A stretch of DNA of 64,000 nt from NCBI RefSeq assembly GCF_006345805.1, contig NC_043015.1, positions 51,150,001 to 51,214,000 on the forward strand, given 5' to 3'. A program made the translations under genes and the position numbers. Source of the stretch: Octopus sinensis (Eukaryota). The notes under the pieces are model-generated. The model searched no databases. It saw only the letters and a list, made by a program, of their open reading frames with translations, and had not been told where the DNA came from. This document shows positions 24,136 through 38,598 of the stretch, piece after piece (position 1 is the first letter of the stretch; each line of letters begins with the position of its first letter).

Positions 24136-25251
24136 ACAATAGTGATCATCATCATCAGCAGCAGCTGCAGCATCATCATCCTACACATCTGAGTAATACA
24201 ACTTATGAGTCTTATTTCAACTTTATGGAGCATCAGCAGCTGTTTGAATGAAACTCAAGATGGTTTACTCTTTCTCAAGTATCAATTCAAGAGCTGCGGC
24301 CATGCTGGGGCACCGCCATCAGTTTATATGGTTTCTTTTCATTTCATTTCTTTTTGAGATGTTATGCAGTTTCTATTAGCTTTTGATGGTGAGATTGTTA
24401 ACGAGCAGCATCCGAGATTTCAAGGCTTAGCATCATCATCATCATCTGTAGTGATTTTTGAGTGCTTCAGTCATGTTTCCTTAAATTACTGTAATATCCT
24501 ACACCTCTCCACCAAACCATCCCTTCTTTCACCTAGGACATAGTGCTGCTTCCGAAATGCCTGAATCGTTGTCGTCAAGATTCCTTAATGATTAACGAGA
24601 TATGCGAGCATTTCTAAAAATTCTCTCTTTTAATTGACTACTAGATGGTTTGTCTCTCATGCCACACACCATCACTGTTAAGGCCGTCTTGTCCAATGAG
24701 TGGGCATCAGGTGTCGCATTTGACGTTCGATGTGATTGTAAAACCCTCACCTGTTCTATTCCGGTTCTCCCGATTGTCATTAGATTTCATTGAGAAGAAG
24801 TGCAACTTCGTTATTTGGTTTCAAACTAACCTCCTCATACTCCTTCTCAACCTCATCTTTTGTAATTCTTCTTCTTCTTCTTCTTTTATGTCTTGTCTTG
24901 TTTATCTTTGTTGTCTTCTCCGTCTTTGTTGTCACCTTCATCTTCTTCATTGTCACCTTCTTCTTCTCCTTCTTCTTCTTCTTCTTCTTCTTCTTTTATG
25001 TCTTGCCTTGTTTATCTTAGTTGTCTTTTTCATCTTTGTTGTCACCTTCATCTTCTTCATTGTCACCTTCTTTTTCTTCTTCTTCTTCTTCTTCTTCTTC
25101 TCCTCCCCCCACCTTATATTCCATGAAGGGTTCTCCTATCACTTTTCCTATGGGTTTTCTGATCAATGATATGTTTGTGTGCACTTAGATAATGTACTGG
25201 TGCCTGCTCTTTCTTATAAAACTAATAAGAGAAAGAAACACTATAAAACAT

Positions 25252-25291
<40 letters not shown>

Positions 25292-26343
25292 AAGAGAGAG
25301 AGAGAAGGCAACGTAGGAAAACCTATTGATCCAGGGCTTTTGTATCTCTGTAAAAAAAGGATAAAAGGTAATGTAATTCTGTATATTTTAAGAAGAGGTA
25401 TTGGAATGGATTATCAGAGATACAGCAACATAAAGATGGTAAAGGAGTATATTGATCTTAAATACTGTTGTGGGAGATATGAAGGAAAAAAAAAAAAGAA
25501 CCTCCAAAAAACCCCCAAAACAACAACAAAAATCTCCTCTACTCCAAGGTAAAAAAAAAAACAAAAAAAACCACAAAATAACTACACATGTGTACCCCCT
25601 CTCAAAAAAAAAGCTAAAGAGAAAATACTGGATTACAGTTGTGAGCCGAAGAGGTGGAGCTGGTACAGTGTAGGTATATTAATACAATGGCTTTAGGTAG
25701 GGAGCATATGTTGTGTCTGTGAGACTGTGAAGAGGTTTCGTATGTATACGTAATTTTTATTGTATGGATTTTTATTTGTTTTGAAGGATATTTCTTGTTC
25801 TTCTTGTGTTTTTAGAAACGTACCCACTTGTAAAAATAAAATTTAAAAAAAACAAACAAAAAGAGAAAAGGAAAGACAGGAAGAGCAATGGTTGTTTTAG
25901 CTATCATATTATTTTATATCTAACTTTCTGGTTACGCAGCTGGCTCTAGTGTAATTCCTGAGCTGGAAGTTCAAGTGATTCTACTCACTTTGTTTACCTT
26001 TACATGAGGTACTTGAAATTATTTAAACAGGTTTTTGGTTTTAGTTTTGGTCTGGTGGTTAGAGTGTCGGGTTCACTTTCGTAAGGTTGTAGGTTCAATT
26101 CCTGCACTGAGCATACATTTTGTCTTTGAAGAAGAAAAAAAAAAAAAAAATCTCAATTTCACGCTGTTCCGACTTCCTCCAATCAACTAAAAAATGTGCC
26201 TCAGTCTTTTGTCAGTGAATCCTTTTCCTCCTCTCCATTTATCATATTCTTGGGGTTTGTTGGAACAGGGGTGGGCAGGTTGCCAATTAGCAAAACACGG
26301 TATACATACCAAAGTTACTTGCTTGTGAGTGAAGATTTTGGTA

Positions 26344-26545
26344 TTCTTCTTCTTCTTCTTCTTCTTCTTCTTCTTCTTCTTCTTCTTCTTCTTCTTCTTC
26401 TTCTTCTTCTTCTTCTTCTTCTTCTTCTTCTTCTTCTTCTTCTTTTCTTCTTCTTCTTCTCTTCTTCTTCTTCTTCTCTTCTTTTCTTCTTTCTTCTTCT
26501 CTTCTTTCTTCTTCTTCTTCTTCTTCTTCTTCTTCTTCTCTTCTT

Positions 26546-26576
<31 letters not shown>

Positions 26577-26590
26577 TTATTATTATTATT
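26344..26590. repeat. (CTT)n(ATT)n microsatellite
   Basis: Read directly from the sequence. Confidence 0.97.
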
Positions 26591-26595
26591 AGAAG

Positions 26596-26800
26596 AAGGC
26601 AGTGAGCTGGCAGAATTGCTAGCATACAAGGCAAAATGCTTAGCGACATTTTGTTCAAATTCTGCTGAGGTCGACTTTGCTTTACATCCTTGTGGGGTTG
26701 ATAAATTAAGTACCAGTGGTGTACTGGGGTCAATGTAATTGACTTATCCCTTCCCAAAATTGCTTGGCCTTATGCCTAGAGTAGAAAGGATTATCATTAT
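26596..26800 (+). mobile_element. SINE family B
   Basis: Same head and central domain; another partial copy lies at about 27508-27650. Confidence 0.8.
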
Positions 26801-26955
26801 TACTATTATCAGTTTCTCTTCTTCCTTCTATTTTCTTTCCATTTCTTGCCGAGTGTCTTCCTGACACCTTGGGCAAAGAAACTTACTGTATACATTTATA
26901 GGCCTTTATAATAAATACACCATATTATTTCCAAATGTACAAAATCAAACAAAGT

Positions 26956-27345
26956 TACTTTTTATTCTTTTATTTGTTTTGGTCATTTGATTGTGGCCAT
27001 GCTGGGGCGCCACATTTAGTCAAGCAAATCAACCCCAGGACTTATTCTTTGTAGGCTTTGTACTTATTCTATCAGTCACTTTTGCTGAACTGCTAAATTG
27101 TGGTGACATAAACACACCAGCATCAGTTGTCAAGCGATGTTGAGGGGACAAACACAGAACTAAAAAACATACACACACACACAACGGGCTTCTTTCAGTT
27201 TCTGTCTGCCAAATCCACTCACAAGTCTTCGGTCAGCTGGAGGCTATAGTAGAAGACACTTGCCCAAGTTGCCACACAGTAGCACTGAACCCGGAACCAT
27301 ATGGTTGGTAAGCAAGCTACTTACCACACAGCCACTCCTGCACCT
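26956..27345 (-). mobile_element. SINE family A
   Basis: Full-length copy. Confidence 0.9.
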
Positions 27346-27651
27346 ATATGTTAAAAAAGAAAAGAAAAACAATTTACATGGAAGGTTATCATTCTCAGAG
27401 TGACAATGTTCTCCTCAATATGTGTGATGTGCCAGGTAAAACAATCCATTGCCCTTCTCGCTGGAATGGTAAGCAAAGAATCATCTTCAAATCATTTTCA
27501 GTTCTGGAGAACTGGCAGAACTGTTCGCATGCCAGGCAAAATGCTCAGCAGCATTTCATCTGTCTTTATGTTCTGAGTTCAAATTCCACTGAGGTTGTCA
27601 TTGCTTTTCATCCTTTCAGGGTCGATAAAATAAGTACCAGTTGAGCACTGC

Positions 27652-28003
27652 GACCATGCTGGGGCACTGCTTTCAAGAATTTTTAGTCAAATGAATTGAA
27701 CCCAGTACTTAATTGTTTTTTGCTTGCTTTTATAAATCTTGGTACGTATTCGATTGGTGAACTTCTAAGTTACAGGAACATAAACACATCAACATCAGTT
27801 AAGTGGTGGTGGGGGGGGGGGACAAACACCCACCCACACATACAGAATGGGCTTGTTTCAGTTTTCATCATCCAAATTCACTCACAAGGCTTTGGTTAGC
27901 CTGGGGCTATAATAGAAGACACTTGCCTACCGTGCTGCACAGCGGGACTGAACCCAGAACCATGGGGTTGGGAAGCAAGCTTCTTACCACACACCCATAC
28001 CTA
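27652..28003 (-). mobile_element. SINE family A, diverged
   Basis: Recognisable head and body. Confidence 0.8.
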
Positions 28004-28064
28004 CATGATCAGTCTTTATTGAAAAATCCCGTAAAATATCTCCTTCCCAGTAATTATAATGATC

Positions 28065-28101
<37 letters not shown>

Positions 28102-29479
28102 TAATAATAATAATAATCATCATCATCATCATCGTTTAACGTCTGTTCTCCATGCTAGCATGGGTTAGATGGTTCGACCGGAGATCTGGGAAGCCAGAAG
28201 GCTGCACCAGGCTCCAGTCTTATCTGGCAATGTTTCTGGCAATAATAATAATAATAATAATAATCACCATCATCATTTAATGTCCCAGTTTCCTTACTGG
28301 CATAGTTTGAGCTACCTGTGCTTATACTTTCATCCTCTTTTTCACAGATTCTTCATTTGCTCTCTAACTCTATCATCACCATCTGTACCAGCCTCTGCAT
28401 GGTTGCTCAACCTGTTTGAAATACCAAGCACAATTACCTTAACCCTTTTGTTACTGTATTTTAGTTGAAATATGCTGCCTTTGTTTCAAAAATATTTTGA
28501 AATAATGACTGTCAAGCTTAATAAAAGCATGGTTGATTGCATACAGTCTTGTCCCTTGCAACCTTTTCCAGCTGGGCATCCCTAATGTTGCAGGCTCATA
28601 AGTGCTGGTGCCACATAAAAAGCATCCATGCTGGTGCTGTGTCAAAGTACCCAGTACACTCTGTTAAGTGGTTGGCATTAGGAAGGGTATCCAGCTGGAA
28701 CCTGAACAGCACTTCAATTAGTCAGCTTCTGTCAAACCATCTAACCCATGCCAACATGGAAAACGGATGTGAAATGATGATGATGATGATGTGATGATGG
28801 AGATTAGTAAAATAATTTTTGTCGTCATTAGTAAGCTGATGTTTGGAACATAAATTATCAGGAAATTTTAATGGAAGGATTTAATTCAGATTATTTTAAA
28901 ACAAAAAGTTTGTATCAAAAAAAAAGTGGGGGTGGTCTCAGGTGGATTGGTATTGAAAGGATCAGATCCCACCTCTTCCATTTCTCTCTGTAAAGTGTTT
29001 GGTACTTGGGTGATCATCCATGGCAGAAACCAAACCAAAACAGACCATAGGACCTGAGGTAGCTCCTGGCCTTGTCTGCTTGTGTTGAATCATCTAACCC
29101 ATGCCAGCAAGGAGAACAGACGTTAAATAATGATGAATATTTGCTACTTCTCCCTAGAGTTCACACAGCTACCAGAACACCTACAGCAATTACTCCCCTT
29201 CATTCCTTCTCCTTCTCTCTCACTCCCTCTGTTTTTTCTCTCTTTCTCTCTCCCCTTCTGTCTTTTCTCCCCCACTCCCTCAGTCCATTCTATCTCTCTT
29301 TCTCTCTCTCATCTCACCTACTTGCTTTCCAATGTTTAAATCTGTTTCACAGATATTTATCATTTGAAGGACATCTGTAATATATTTGAAAGCCAGTTGT
29401 TGTTGTTCTTATATAGCGTTTATTATTTCAATGTCATTTCTTTTAAAATGCAAAGTAAAGTATCCTCTTATAGAGAAAG

Positions 29480-30200
29480 AGTAAGGAGTATAGGAGAGGG
29501 AGAGAGAGAGAAAGAGACTAAATAGGGTGTTACAATGTGAGTGAGAGAGAGAGAGAGAGATAAAAGGAGGTTAGAAGATGAGAGAGAGAGAGGGATAAAG
29601 GTAGAAGATTAAAAGATGAGAGAGAGAGAGACAAAGGGAGGTTAGAAGATGAGAGAGAGAGAGAGACAAAGGGAGGTTAGAAGATGAGAGAGAGAGAGAG
29701 AGACAAAGGGAGGTTAGAAGATGAGAGAGAGAGGGATAAAGGTAGAAAGTTAGAAAATGAGAGAGAGAGATAAAAAGAGAAAGTTAGATGAGAGAGAGAG
29801 AGAGAGAAGATGATGGGAGAGAGAGAGGTTGATGTGATGAAGGGGAGAGAGAGAGGGAGAAGTTGATGTGATGAAGGGGAGAGAGTGAAGGACAGAATAA
29901 AGATAAAAGAAATATAAAGAGAGGGGAAAAAGAGATTGTTATGAGAGGGAGAGAGAAGAGAGAGAGCTGGTTATGAGAGAGAGATATATAGAGAGATGGG
30001 AGATAACATAGAAGGGAATGTGATGAGATGAAAGACAGAGGAAGGATAAAAGAGAAGGGAGAGAAAGAAAGAGGTTGATGAAATGAGTGAGAGAGAGAGG
30101 AGAGAGAGAGAGAGAGAGATATGAAGAGGTGAGATAAAAGGGGGAAGGAAGAGATGATAGACAGAGAAAGTGAACAGGTAAATGAGAGAGAATGAGAGGA
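29480..30200. repeat. GA-rich polypurine tract with ~30-bp internal units
   Basis: Repeated ggaggttagaagat(ga)n units. Confidence 0.9.
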
Positions 30201-30430
30201 AATAAATATTTTTCACCATTCATTCTCTGATATGTGAACAGTGGTGGTTAAATAAAAGTATGTTGTTGTGGAGTTTCTGATATTGTTTGGAGTTTTATTG
30301 AAAAAATGGGAATTAAAAAGACCATGTTTCTAATTTTATGGCTTTTATAGAAATACAAACCATCATCTCAAACACACAGAAAGAGATATTATATCAACTG
30401 ATTTGATATGGTATGATGTGATACGATACG

Positions 30431-30438
30431 ATGTGTAT

Positions 30439-30470
<32 letters not shown>

Positions 30471-30738
30471 ATATGTATATATTGTATGTATGTATATTAT
30501 GTATGTATGTATATATATGTATGTATGTATATATAGTATGTATGTATATATATGTATGTATGTATATATATGTATGTATGTATGTATGTATATATATGTA
30601 TGTATGTATGTATATATATGTATGTATGTATGTATATATATGTATGTATGTATGTATATATATGTATGTATGTATATATATGTATGTATGTATGTATATA
30701 TATGTATGTATGTATGTATATATATGTATGTATGTATG

Positions 30739-30774
<36 letters not shown>

Positions 30775-31248
30775 TGTATGTATGTATGTATATATATGTA
30801 TGTATGTATGTATATATATGTATATGTATGTATATATATGTATATATGTATGTATATATATATATATGTATGTATGTATGTATGTATATATGTATGTATG
30901 TATATATGTATATGTATGTATATATGTATATGTATGTATATATATATGTATGTATATATATATGTATGTATATATGTATGTATATATATATATGTATATA
31001 TATTGTATATGTATATATGTATATATGATATATGTATATAATATATGTATATATATATGTATATATATATAGTATGTATATATATATGTGTATATGTATA
31101 TATATATATTGTATATATATATATGTATATATATATATGTATATATATATATGTTATATATATGTATATATATTATATATGTATATATATATGTATATGT
31201 ATATATGTATATGTATATATATGTATGTATATGTATGTATGTATATGT

Positions 31249-31331
<83 letters not shown>

Positions 31332-31356
31332 GTATATATATATGTATATGTATGTA
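30431..31356. repeat. (TA)n/(TATG)n microsatellite
   Basis: Read directly. Similar fields lie at 36560-37520, 52480-53035 and 58070-58370. Confidence 0.97.
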
Positions 31357-32090
31357 TCATCATCATCATCATCATCATCGTTTAACGTCCGTTCTCCATG
31401 CTAGCATGGGTTGGACGGTTCGACTGAGGATCTAGGAAGCCAGAAGGCTGCACCAGGCTCCAGTCTTATCTGGCAATGTTTCTACAGCTGGATGCCCTTC
31501 CTAACGCCAACCACTCCGTGAGTGTCGTGGGTGCTTTTTACGTGCCACCCACACAGGTGCCAGGCGAGGCTGGCAACGGCCACGGTCGGATTGGTGCAAT
31601 TTACGTGCCACTGGCACGGAAGCCAGTCGAGGCAGCGCTGGCATCGGCCACGAGTCGGATAGTGCTTTTTACGTACCACCAGTCCAGGGGTCCTGGCATC
31701 TGCCGGGTGCCAGTTGTAGGATTGGTTCAATTTCGATTTCGATATATATATATATATGTATATATGTATATATATATGTATATGTATATATGTATATGTG
31801 TGTGTGTGTGTATATATATATATGTATATGTGTGTGTGTGTGTGTAAATATCATCGTTTAACGTCCATTTTCCGTGCTAACATGGGTTGGACGGTTCAAC
31901 CGGGGTCTGGGAAGCCAGGAGGCTGCACCTGATCTGGCAGTTTTTCTACAGCTGGATGCCCTTCCTAACGCCAACCACTCCGTGAGTGTAGTGGGTGTTA
32001 TTTTTTATGTACCAGGGGAGGCTGGCAGCAATCACAATCAGTTGGTGCTTTTTACGTGCCACTGGCACAGAAACCAGTAAAGGCGGTTGA
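31357..32090 (-). mobile_element. Two RTE 3'-UTR-derived repeats separated by (TA/TG)n
   Basis: catcatcatcgtttaacgtccgttctccatgctagcatgggttggacgg starts at 31357, and the module starts again at about 31850. Confidence 0.8.
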
Positions 32091-32594
32091 GATGTAAGCT
32101 TTTTACCACACAGCCACATGTGTGTGTGTGCGTTTATATATGTGTATATATATTATAAAGGTGTGAGAGGTATTGATATCCAGAAGACCCATGGTAGCAG
32201 GTAACACTATGTAAGTGCTATGGAAGGATTGTAGTTAAACTCTCGGGTTGATATCCGCTTAATACCACCACTACATTCTCAAATTTTCATTCACACCACA
32301 AGACCCCTTTGAATGAACAGCACAGGGAATCTACATCTCCACACTTTCCATTTATGATGACAAAATATGAACTCCTATTGGAATTTACATACTACGAACA
32401 GGAAGCACTTCTACCACTTCTACACACCGCTTTACTTGGACAATGGAACTGCAATTATAACATCTTTATACATTTTTATTTTTATTTCTACATTCATTCT
32501 CCTATTTCACTATATACTCCTTATTTGCTTCCTTTTCCAAAATAACTCCTCATATTGAACTCTAATATTTCTCTCTATTTAACCATCTCACATC

Positions 32595-32642
32595 GTCTCT
32601 GATGAAGGGATATCCTGAATATCCCAGAAACAGCTGTAAGAC
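32595..32642 (+). ncRNA. Minimal type I hammerhead ribozyme motif, near intact
   Basis: GTCT-CTGATGA-a-GGGATAT-cctga-ATATCCC-a-GAA-AC-AGCT-GT-A/AGAC: stem I GTCT:AGAC, 7-bp stem II, palindromic stem III and GUA cleavage triplet. Confidence 0.85.
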
Positions 32643-32998
32643 TAACTTTCTCTTTATAAATGTCCTGAAAATTCCTCACAGCCTTGGCTTTGTTGTCACA
32701 TTTTATTTAATGTATATATATATGTATATATACACACATACATACACACTCACACACACACACATATATATATATACATATACATACATACATATATACA
32801 TATATATATATACATACACACACACATATATAAAAGGCTTCTTTCAGTTTCCATCTACCAAATCCACTAACAAGACTTTGGTTAGCCTGAGGTTATAGTA
32901 AGAGACACTTGCCCAAGGTGACTTGCAGTTGAACTGAGTCTGGAACCATGTGGTTGAGAAGCAAGCTGGTTACCACATAGTCACACCTGTGTGTGTGT

Positions 32999-34355
32999 GT
33001 TGGCAATGAGTACAGTGAAGAATTCAGGGTACAAGTAGGGGTTTACCATTGTTCATCATAGTCCTCCAGGCAATAAAAGAGGAATTCAAGGCAGGCTGTC
33101 CCTGGGAGTTCCTCTATGCTGATGAGCTTGCTCTTACTGCTGAATCACTACCTGAACTAGAGAAGTTCCAGGTATGGAAGCAAGGTCTAGAATTGAATGG
33201 CCTTAGAGTTAACCTAGCAAAAACCAAAGTCTTAGTAAGTAGGAAGGCAAACAAGTCACAAATCCCTTCTGGTAGATGGCCCTGCTCGATCAGTAGAAAG
33301 CGCTTAGGTAGAAACTCCATAAGATGCACCCAGTGTAAGCTTTGGACACTTAAAAAGTGCAGCAATATCAGAGAAAGGTTAATAGGGAAACTAGCTTTTG
33401 TATGTGGAAGCTGCAGAGGTACAGTAAATGCTGAAAATATGCAGAAGATAGACTCCATAAACTGCCAAGGGGGCAAGCTAAAGGTAGTAGATAGGTTCCG
33501 TTATCTAAGTGACCAAGTTAGTAGTGGAGGTGGATGCTCTGAGAGTATAGCTGTGAGAATAAGATTAAACTGGGCAAAGTTCAGAGAGCTCCTACCTCTG
33601 CTGGCAAAAAAGGGCCTTTCTCTCAAAATGAAAGACAGACTGTATGATGCCTGTGTGCGCACAGCTATGCTACATGGCAGTGAAACATGGGCTGTGACAG
33701 TCAAGGACATCTGTAGGCTTGAAAGAAATGAAGCCAGTATTCTTTGCTGGATGTGCAATGTCAGTGTGTACGTTTGACTAAGTGTAAACAGCTTGAGAGA
33801 AAAGATAGGCATTAAAAAGAGGCATCAGATGTGGTGTGTAAGAGAGACAACTGTGCTGGTATGGTCATGTGATATGTATGGATGAGGACGGCTGTGTAAA
33901 GAAGTGCCAATCTCTAACTGTGAAGAGAACCTGTGGTAGAAGTAGACACAGGAAGACATAGGATGAAGTGGTGAAACATGATCTTCAAACTTTGAGTGTC
34001 ATAGAGGCAATGACTAGTGACCAAGACCTTTGGTGATATGCTGTGCTTGAGAGGAACTGTCAAGCCAAGTGAAATCATAGTCATGACTGACACTGGTGTC
34101 ACTTAACTGGCACCTGTACTGGTGACATGCAAGGAGGACCTTTTGAGTGTTGGGCTTCACAGAGACAAAGTGACTGACTTCCTCTTGAGCATTGGGCCTC
34201 AGGGAAGCAAAGTAGCTGAGTTCCTCTTGAGCGTTGGGCCTCACGGAGGTATTATGTTGAAAAGAAGACCCATCAAGCTGAGCAAAATTGCAGTCATGGC
34301 AGATACTGGTGTCATGCAAATGGCACCCATACCAGTGACACATAAAAGCACCCAT
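32999..34355 (+). mobile_element. RTE-clade LINE 3' fragment (RT C-terminus plus 3' UTR), same family as 59187-61198
   Basis: ORF 33049-33777 has FLYADEL, GLRVNLAKTKVL, NSIRCTQCKLW, FRYL and LYDACVRTAMLHGSETW, and closely matches the 60.6-61.2 kb copy. Confidence 0.95.
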
Positions 34356-34490
34356 TATGCTCTTTATCACTCATCCATGCCTGCACCTGTGTATATTATG
34401 CTAATTACTGCAGCTGATTTGTTTGACTAACCCCTTGATGGTGGAACCCCAGTAGAATTGTCACTGTCCAACAACAACAACAACAACAAG

Positions 34491-34684
34491 TGGAGGTGCA
34501 ATGGCTCAGTGGTTAGGGCAGTGGACTCGCAGTTGTAAGAACATGGTTTCGATTCCCAGACCGGGCATTGTGAGTGTTTATTGAGCAAAAACATCCAAGT
34601 TCTACGATGTTCCGGCAGGTGAGGGTGGTGAACCCCGCTGTACTCTTTCACCACAACTTTCTCTCAATCTTTCTTCCTACTTCT
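34491..34684 (+). mobile_element. tRNA-derived SINE family C
   Basis: A box tggctcagtgg and B box ggtttcgattccc; body shared with 9147-9430. Confidence 0.8.
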
Positions 34685-35344
34685 GCCACAAAGCAGAGGA
34701 ACCATGGTGTAACCCACTATGGTGTGGTAAACTTTCAGACCCCAGTCTAGATTGTGAATCCTCTGTGCCCCAGGATGGTTCAGCTCTCCACCCGTTAAAA
34801 GCCGCCATTTATGAAATGAGGATAACAACGTAGCTTTCGTGCCTGTGCAACTGCCAGTCTGTCGCATGTGGTGGGTAGATCTTCAAGTTGCCACACGCAT
34901 TCTTAGTAGCTTAGAGTAGGCTCGAATTAGAGATTATTCTTTGTGGCTAATGGCGTGAGTCCTGATTGGAAGAAGAAGAAGAGCAACAGAAACCAGTTAA
35001 AGAAAAAAGGAGAAAATAATTGTAAGGTTCTCATCTCAGAAATTTAAGAATTTAATCAGTTAACAAAGGTCCGGGCTGATCCCTTTCTGTCTGAGTACAG
35101 TGAACTAAACTAAAACAACTTCGATGTAAACGTATTCACCTTTTGATAAATAAAGGAATTCTAATGACGATGACAACAACAACAACAACAACAATAGCAA
35201 CAACAACAGCACAATGTAAAGTTTAAATCTGAAGTCCTGATATGTATATAATTAGCATTAATGAGAATGTAAGCTTTTTCTCTTCTCCCTCCTCACTTTT
35301 TCATATTTTTTCATGCTACATGTAAAATTAATATTGTTTATAAA

Positions 35345-35375
<31 letters not shown>

Positions 35376-36764
35376 TTGTTGTTGTTAATTATTTTTTTTT
35401 GTCTTCTTAATGAAATGTTGCCTGTGTGTATTCAGTGCCATTTCTAAGATATACATTAGTATAAAAAATTGTGAAAATTAAAAGAAAATATGAAAAGTAG
35501 CATTAAAATATAATGTAAAAAAAATATATATAAAAATATTTAATTTCTCAAGTTATTGGTATTTAACGCTAATTAACTGTCTTAATACATATAAGTTCAT
35601 TCAACTAATGATATAATTGCCATGTGTTGTTGTCATCATCATCATCATCATAACAACCTTGTTGTTGTTGTTGTTGTTCTTCTTCTTCTTCTTCTTCTCC
35701 TCCTCCCCCTCTCTGCACTTTTATCTTGGTTCCGGTTAGTGAGTGCAATGAGAACGCACTTTTGTTAATTCTTGACATAATCTTAAAAATAGAATCTTGT
35801 AGCTCGGTTCAACTGGGTCCTGGCCAATGGTCTTTGCCCCCCCCTCTGCATGGCCCATCCCCCCCAACCTGCTTCCCCCCTCACCTAACCCCACCATTCC
35901 CTCACATCCTTCACCCCCCTCCCACCAAACCATCTCTTTTGCTTCAATGAAAGAAAGAATGAATTGTTTAGAAAACACATCCACCCCCCCAACTTCATTT
36001 TTTTTAAACCTCCTCCCCTCCTAACCCCACTTCTTTTGCCCTCTCCTCTGTTCTCCCACCAAGGAAACTCCCCAAACGCCAGTCCCAACAACACCCTCAT
36101 CCCCTCCACCTCCTCCGAAGGCTAACCTACCCTATGAATCATTTTCCTCTTCAGTGACATACAACGAAGAGGTTGGCTTTAATGATAGCCGGTATTATTT
36201 ACTGAGAAAATGCAAATTGCAGTGCAGTTCTCTATTCCGGCATAGTAGTAGTAGTAGTAGCAGCAGCAGCAGCAGCAACAGCAGTAGTAGTGGTGGTGGT
36301 GGTGGAGGTGGTGGTGGTGGTAGTGGTGGAGGTGGTGGTGCAGTACATATGCTTCCAGCCATTATAGTTTCCCAGGGAATTGAGGTGAAATCAGGCAGAA
36401 CTTTTGGAACTGCCCTAGGCCCCCATCTTATCATTACTGTTGTTGTTGTTGTTGTTATCTGTGTTATTATGTACACAAACACATACACACACACACATGC
36501 ACATACTGACACACCGACAGATTTGAGTGCACACACTCACACACACACTCAGGTACATACATACATACATATATATATGGACACATAGATGTACATCCAT
36601 GCAAACATATATATATATGCATATATATGTGTGTGTATACAATATATCTATATCTATATGTATGTATGTACATATATATATATATACACATACACGCAGA
36701 TATATATTCATACATCTCTCTCTCTCTCTATAATATATATATATATATATAATATATATATATA

Positions 36765-36808
<44 letters not shown>

Positions 36809-37119
36809 TACATATATACATATATACATTTATATATATGTACACACAAACATATATATTATATGTGTGTGTGTGTGTGGTGTGTGGTGTATGCATATGT
36901 ATGTATATATATATAATATATATAAGTATATATATTCATATATATACATATATGTGTCTACATGCATAGAATATTTATATATACATATATGTATATATAT
37001 ATATATTATATATATATATAATATTTATATATATTAGTATATGTATATATATAGGTATATATATATATATGTATATATATATATTGTATATATATATATA
37101 TATATAGTTGTATATATAT

Positions 37120-37157
<38 letters not shown>

Positions 37158-38415
37158 TATGTACATATTATATGTATATATATGTATATATATGTATATA
37201 TGTATGTATATATATGTACATGTATATATGTATGTATATATGTACATATATATATGTATATATATGTATATATATATGTATATATGTATATATATATGTT
37301 ATATATATGTATATATATATTGTATAATATATTAATATTATATATGTATATATATGTATATATATATGTATATATATATGTGTATAATATAATGTATATA
37401 TATATATATATGTGTATATATGTGTATATATTATATATGATGTTTATATTATGTGTGTGTATATATATATATATGTATACATTTAATTATATACAATTAT
37501 ATATACACATATGTATATGTTCTGTTTCTCATTGAGCAATTACCAATGAATAAGAGACGAATTTTATTTGATGAGTCAATTTTTAAATAAAGGTGAAATA
37601 AATGAATAAAGCTTTATCCTCTTCTGTCTTTCTCTTTCCTTCTTTATTGCTCTCTTCCTTTCTTCCCCACCTTTCTCTCTCTCTCTCTCTTTGTCTTTCT
37701 ATCTTTCTATCCCTCAGCATTCCTTTCTTTTCTTTTCTTTCCATATATTATATATTTTTGGAAGCAAGTTTCTCTTGAAAAAAAAAAAATTGGAGAATTT
37801 CAAACGAAAAGCAAAAAAAAAAAAAAACACCATAGAAAGAAAAAAAAAAGCCTTTTTATTTTTGGATAGGTAACATTAAATTGAGGAAGCACTTGGAAAA
37901 AGTTTTGGTTGGGGTGCAGCGGGGACAGGGTGGAGTGGAAGGGGCTTGGGAGAAGTTCTTTTCATTTTTGTTTGTGTTGTTGTTGTTGTTGTTTTAGTAG
38001 TAGCATTTATGAAAATAGTTATTCAATAAAATGTGGGGGGTGAGGTGGGGGCGGAAATAAAAAAAATTTGTTGCCAGATTAGTAATCTCCCTTGTATGCA
38101 ATGTAAAGATTGCAGTATGATGTCCGGAGGGAAATGCTGTACTACGGAAGTACTAACATGTAATTGTGTGTGTGTGTGTGCGTGCGTGAGTTATGTTTGT
38201 GCGTGTGTGTGTGTTTGACACGGGCTTGTCTGTGTGTGTGTGTGTGTGTGTGTATGTGTGTGTGTGTGTGTGTGCATTCGGGGGGAGTTGTGGAGGCAGG
38301 TTACATACAGAAAAGGAGTTAATAAGTGGAGAAATATATTGATTTGCCAAGAATTAAAATGTCTTTGCTGCGTATGCCAATACATACATACATATATATA
38401 GATATATATATATAT

Positions 38416-38487
<72 letters not shown>

Positions 38488-38598
38488 GTATTACATTACA
38501 TACATATATATATATATATATAATATATATATATATATTATCCATATCATACATATATATATATATATATATACACACACATACATATATATGTGTGT

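Noticed and set aside
26196-26757. Poly-Leu/Glu/Arg/Phe ORFs
   Set aside because: (CTT)n repeat read in different frames.
30431-31435. Many MYVCIY-type ORFs, also at 20.3-21.2, 36.4-37.5, 52.4-53.0 and 58.0-58.4 kb
   Set aside because: TA/TG microsatellite artefacts.
34495-34570. Possible tRNA genes (also 12798-12870, 38599-38670, 45532-45605)
   Set aside because: A and B boxes are present, but the cloverleaf is degenerate and each continues into a repeat body; these are SINE heads.
36155-36191. Branch point and acceptor followed by a 17- or 37-nt exon candidate
   Set aside because: Neither length preserves frame, the donors are weak and no homology is recognised.
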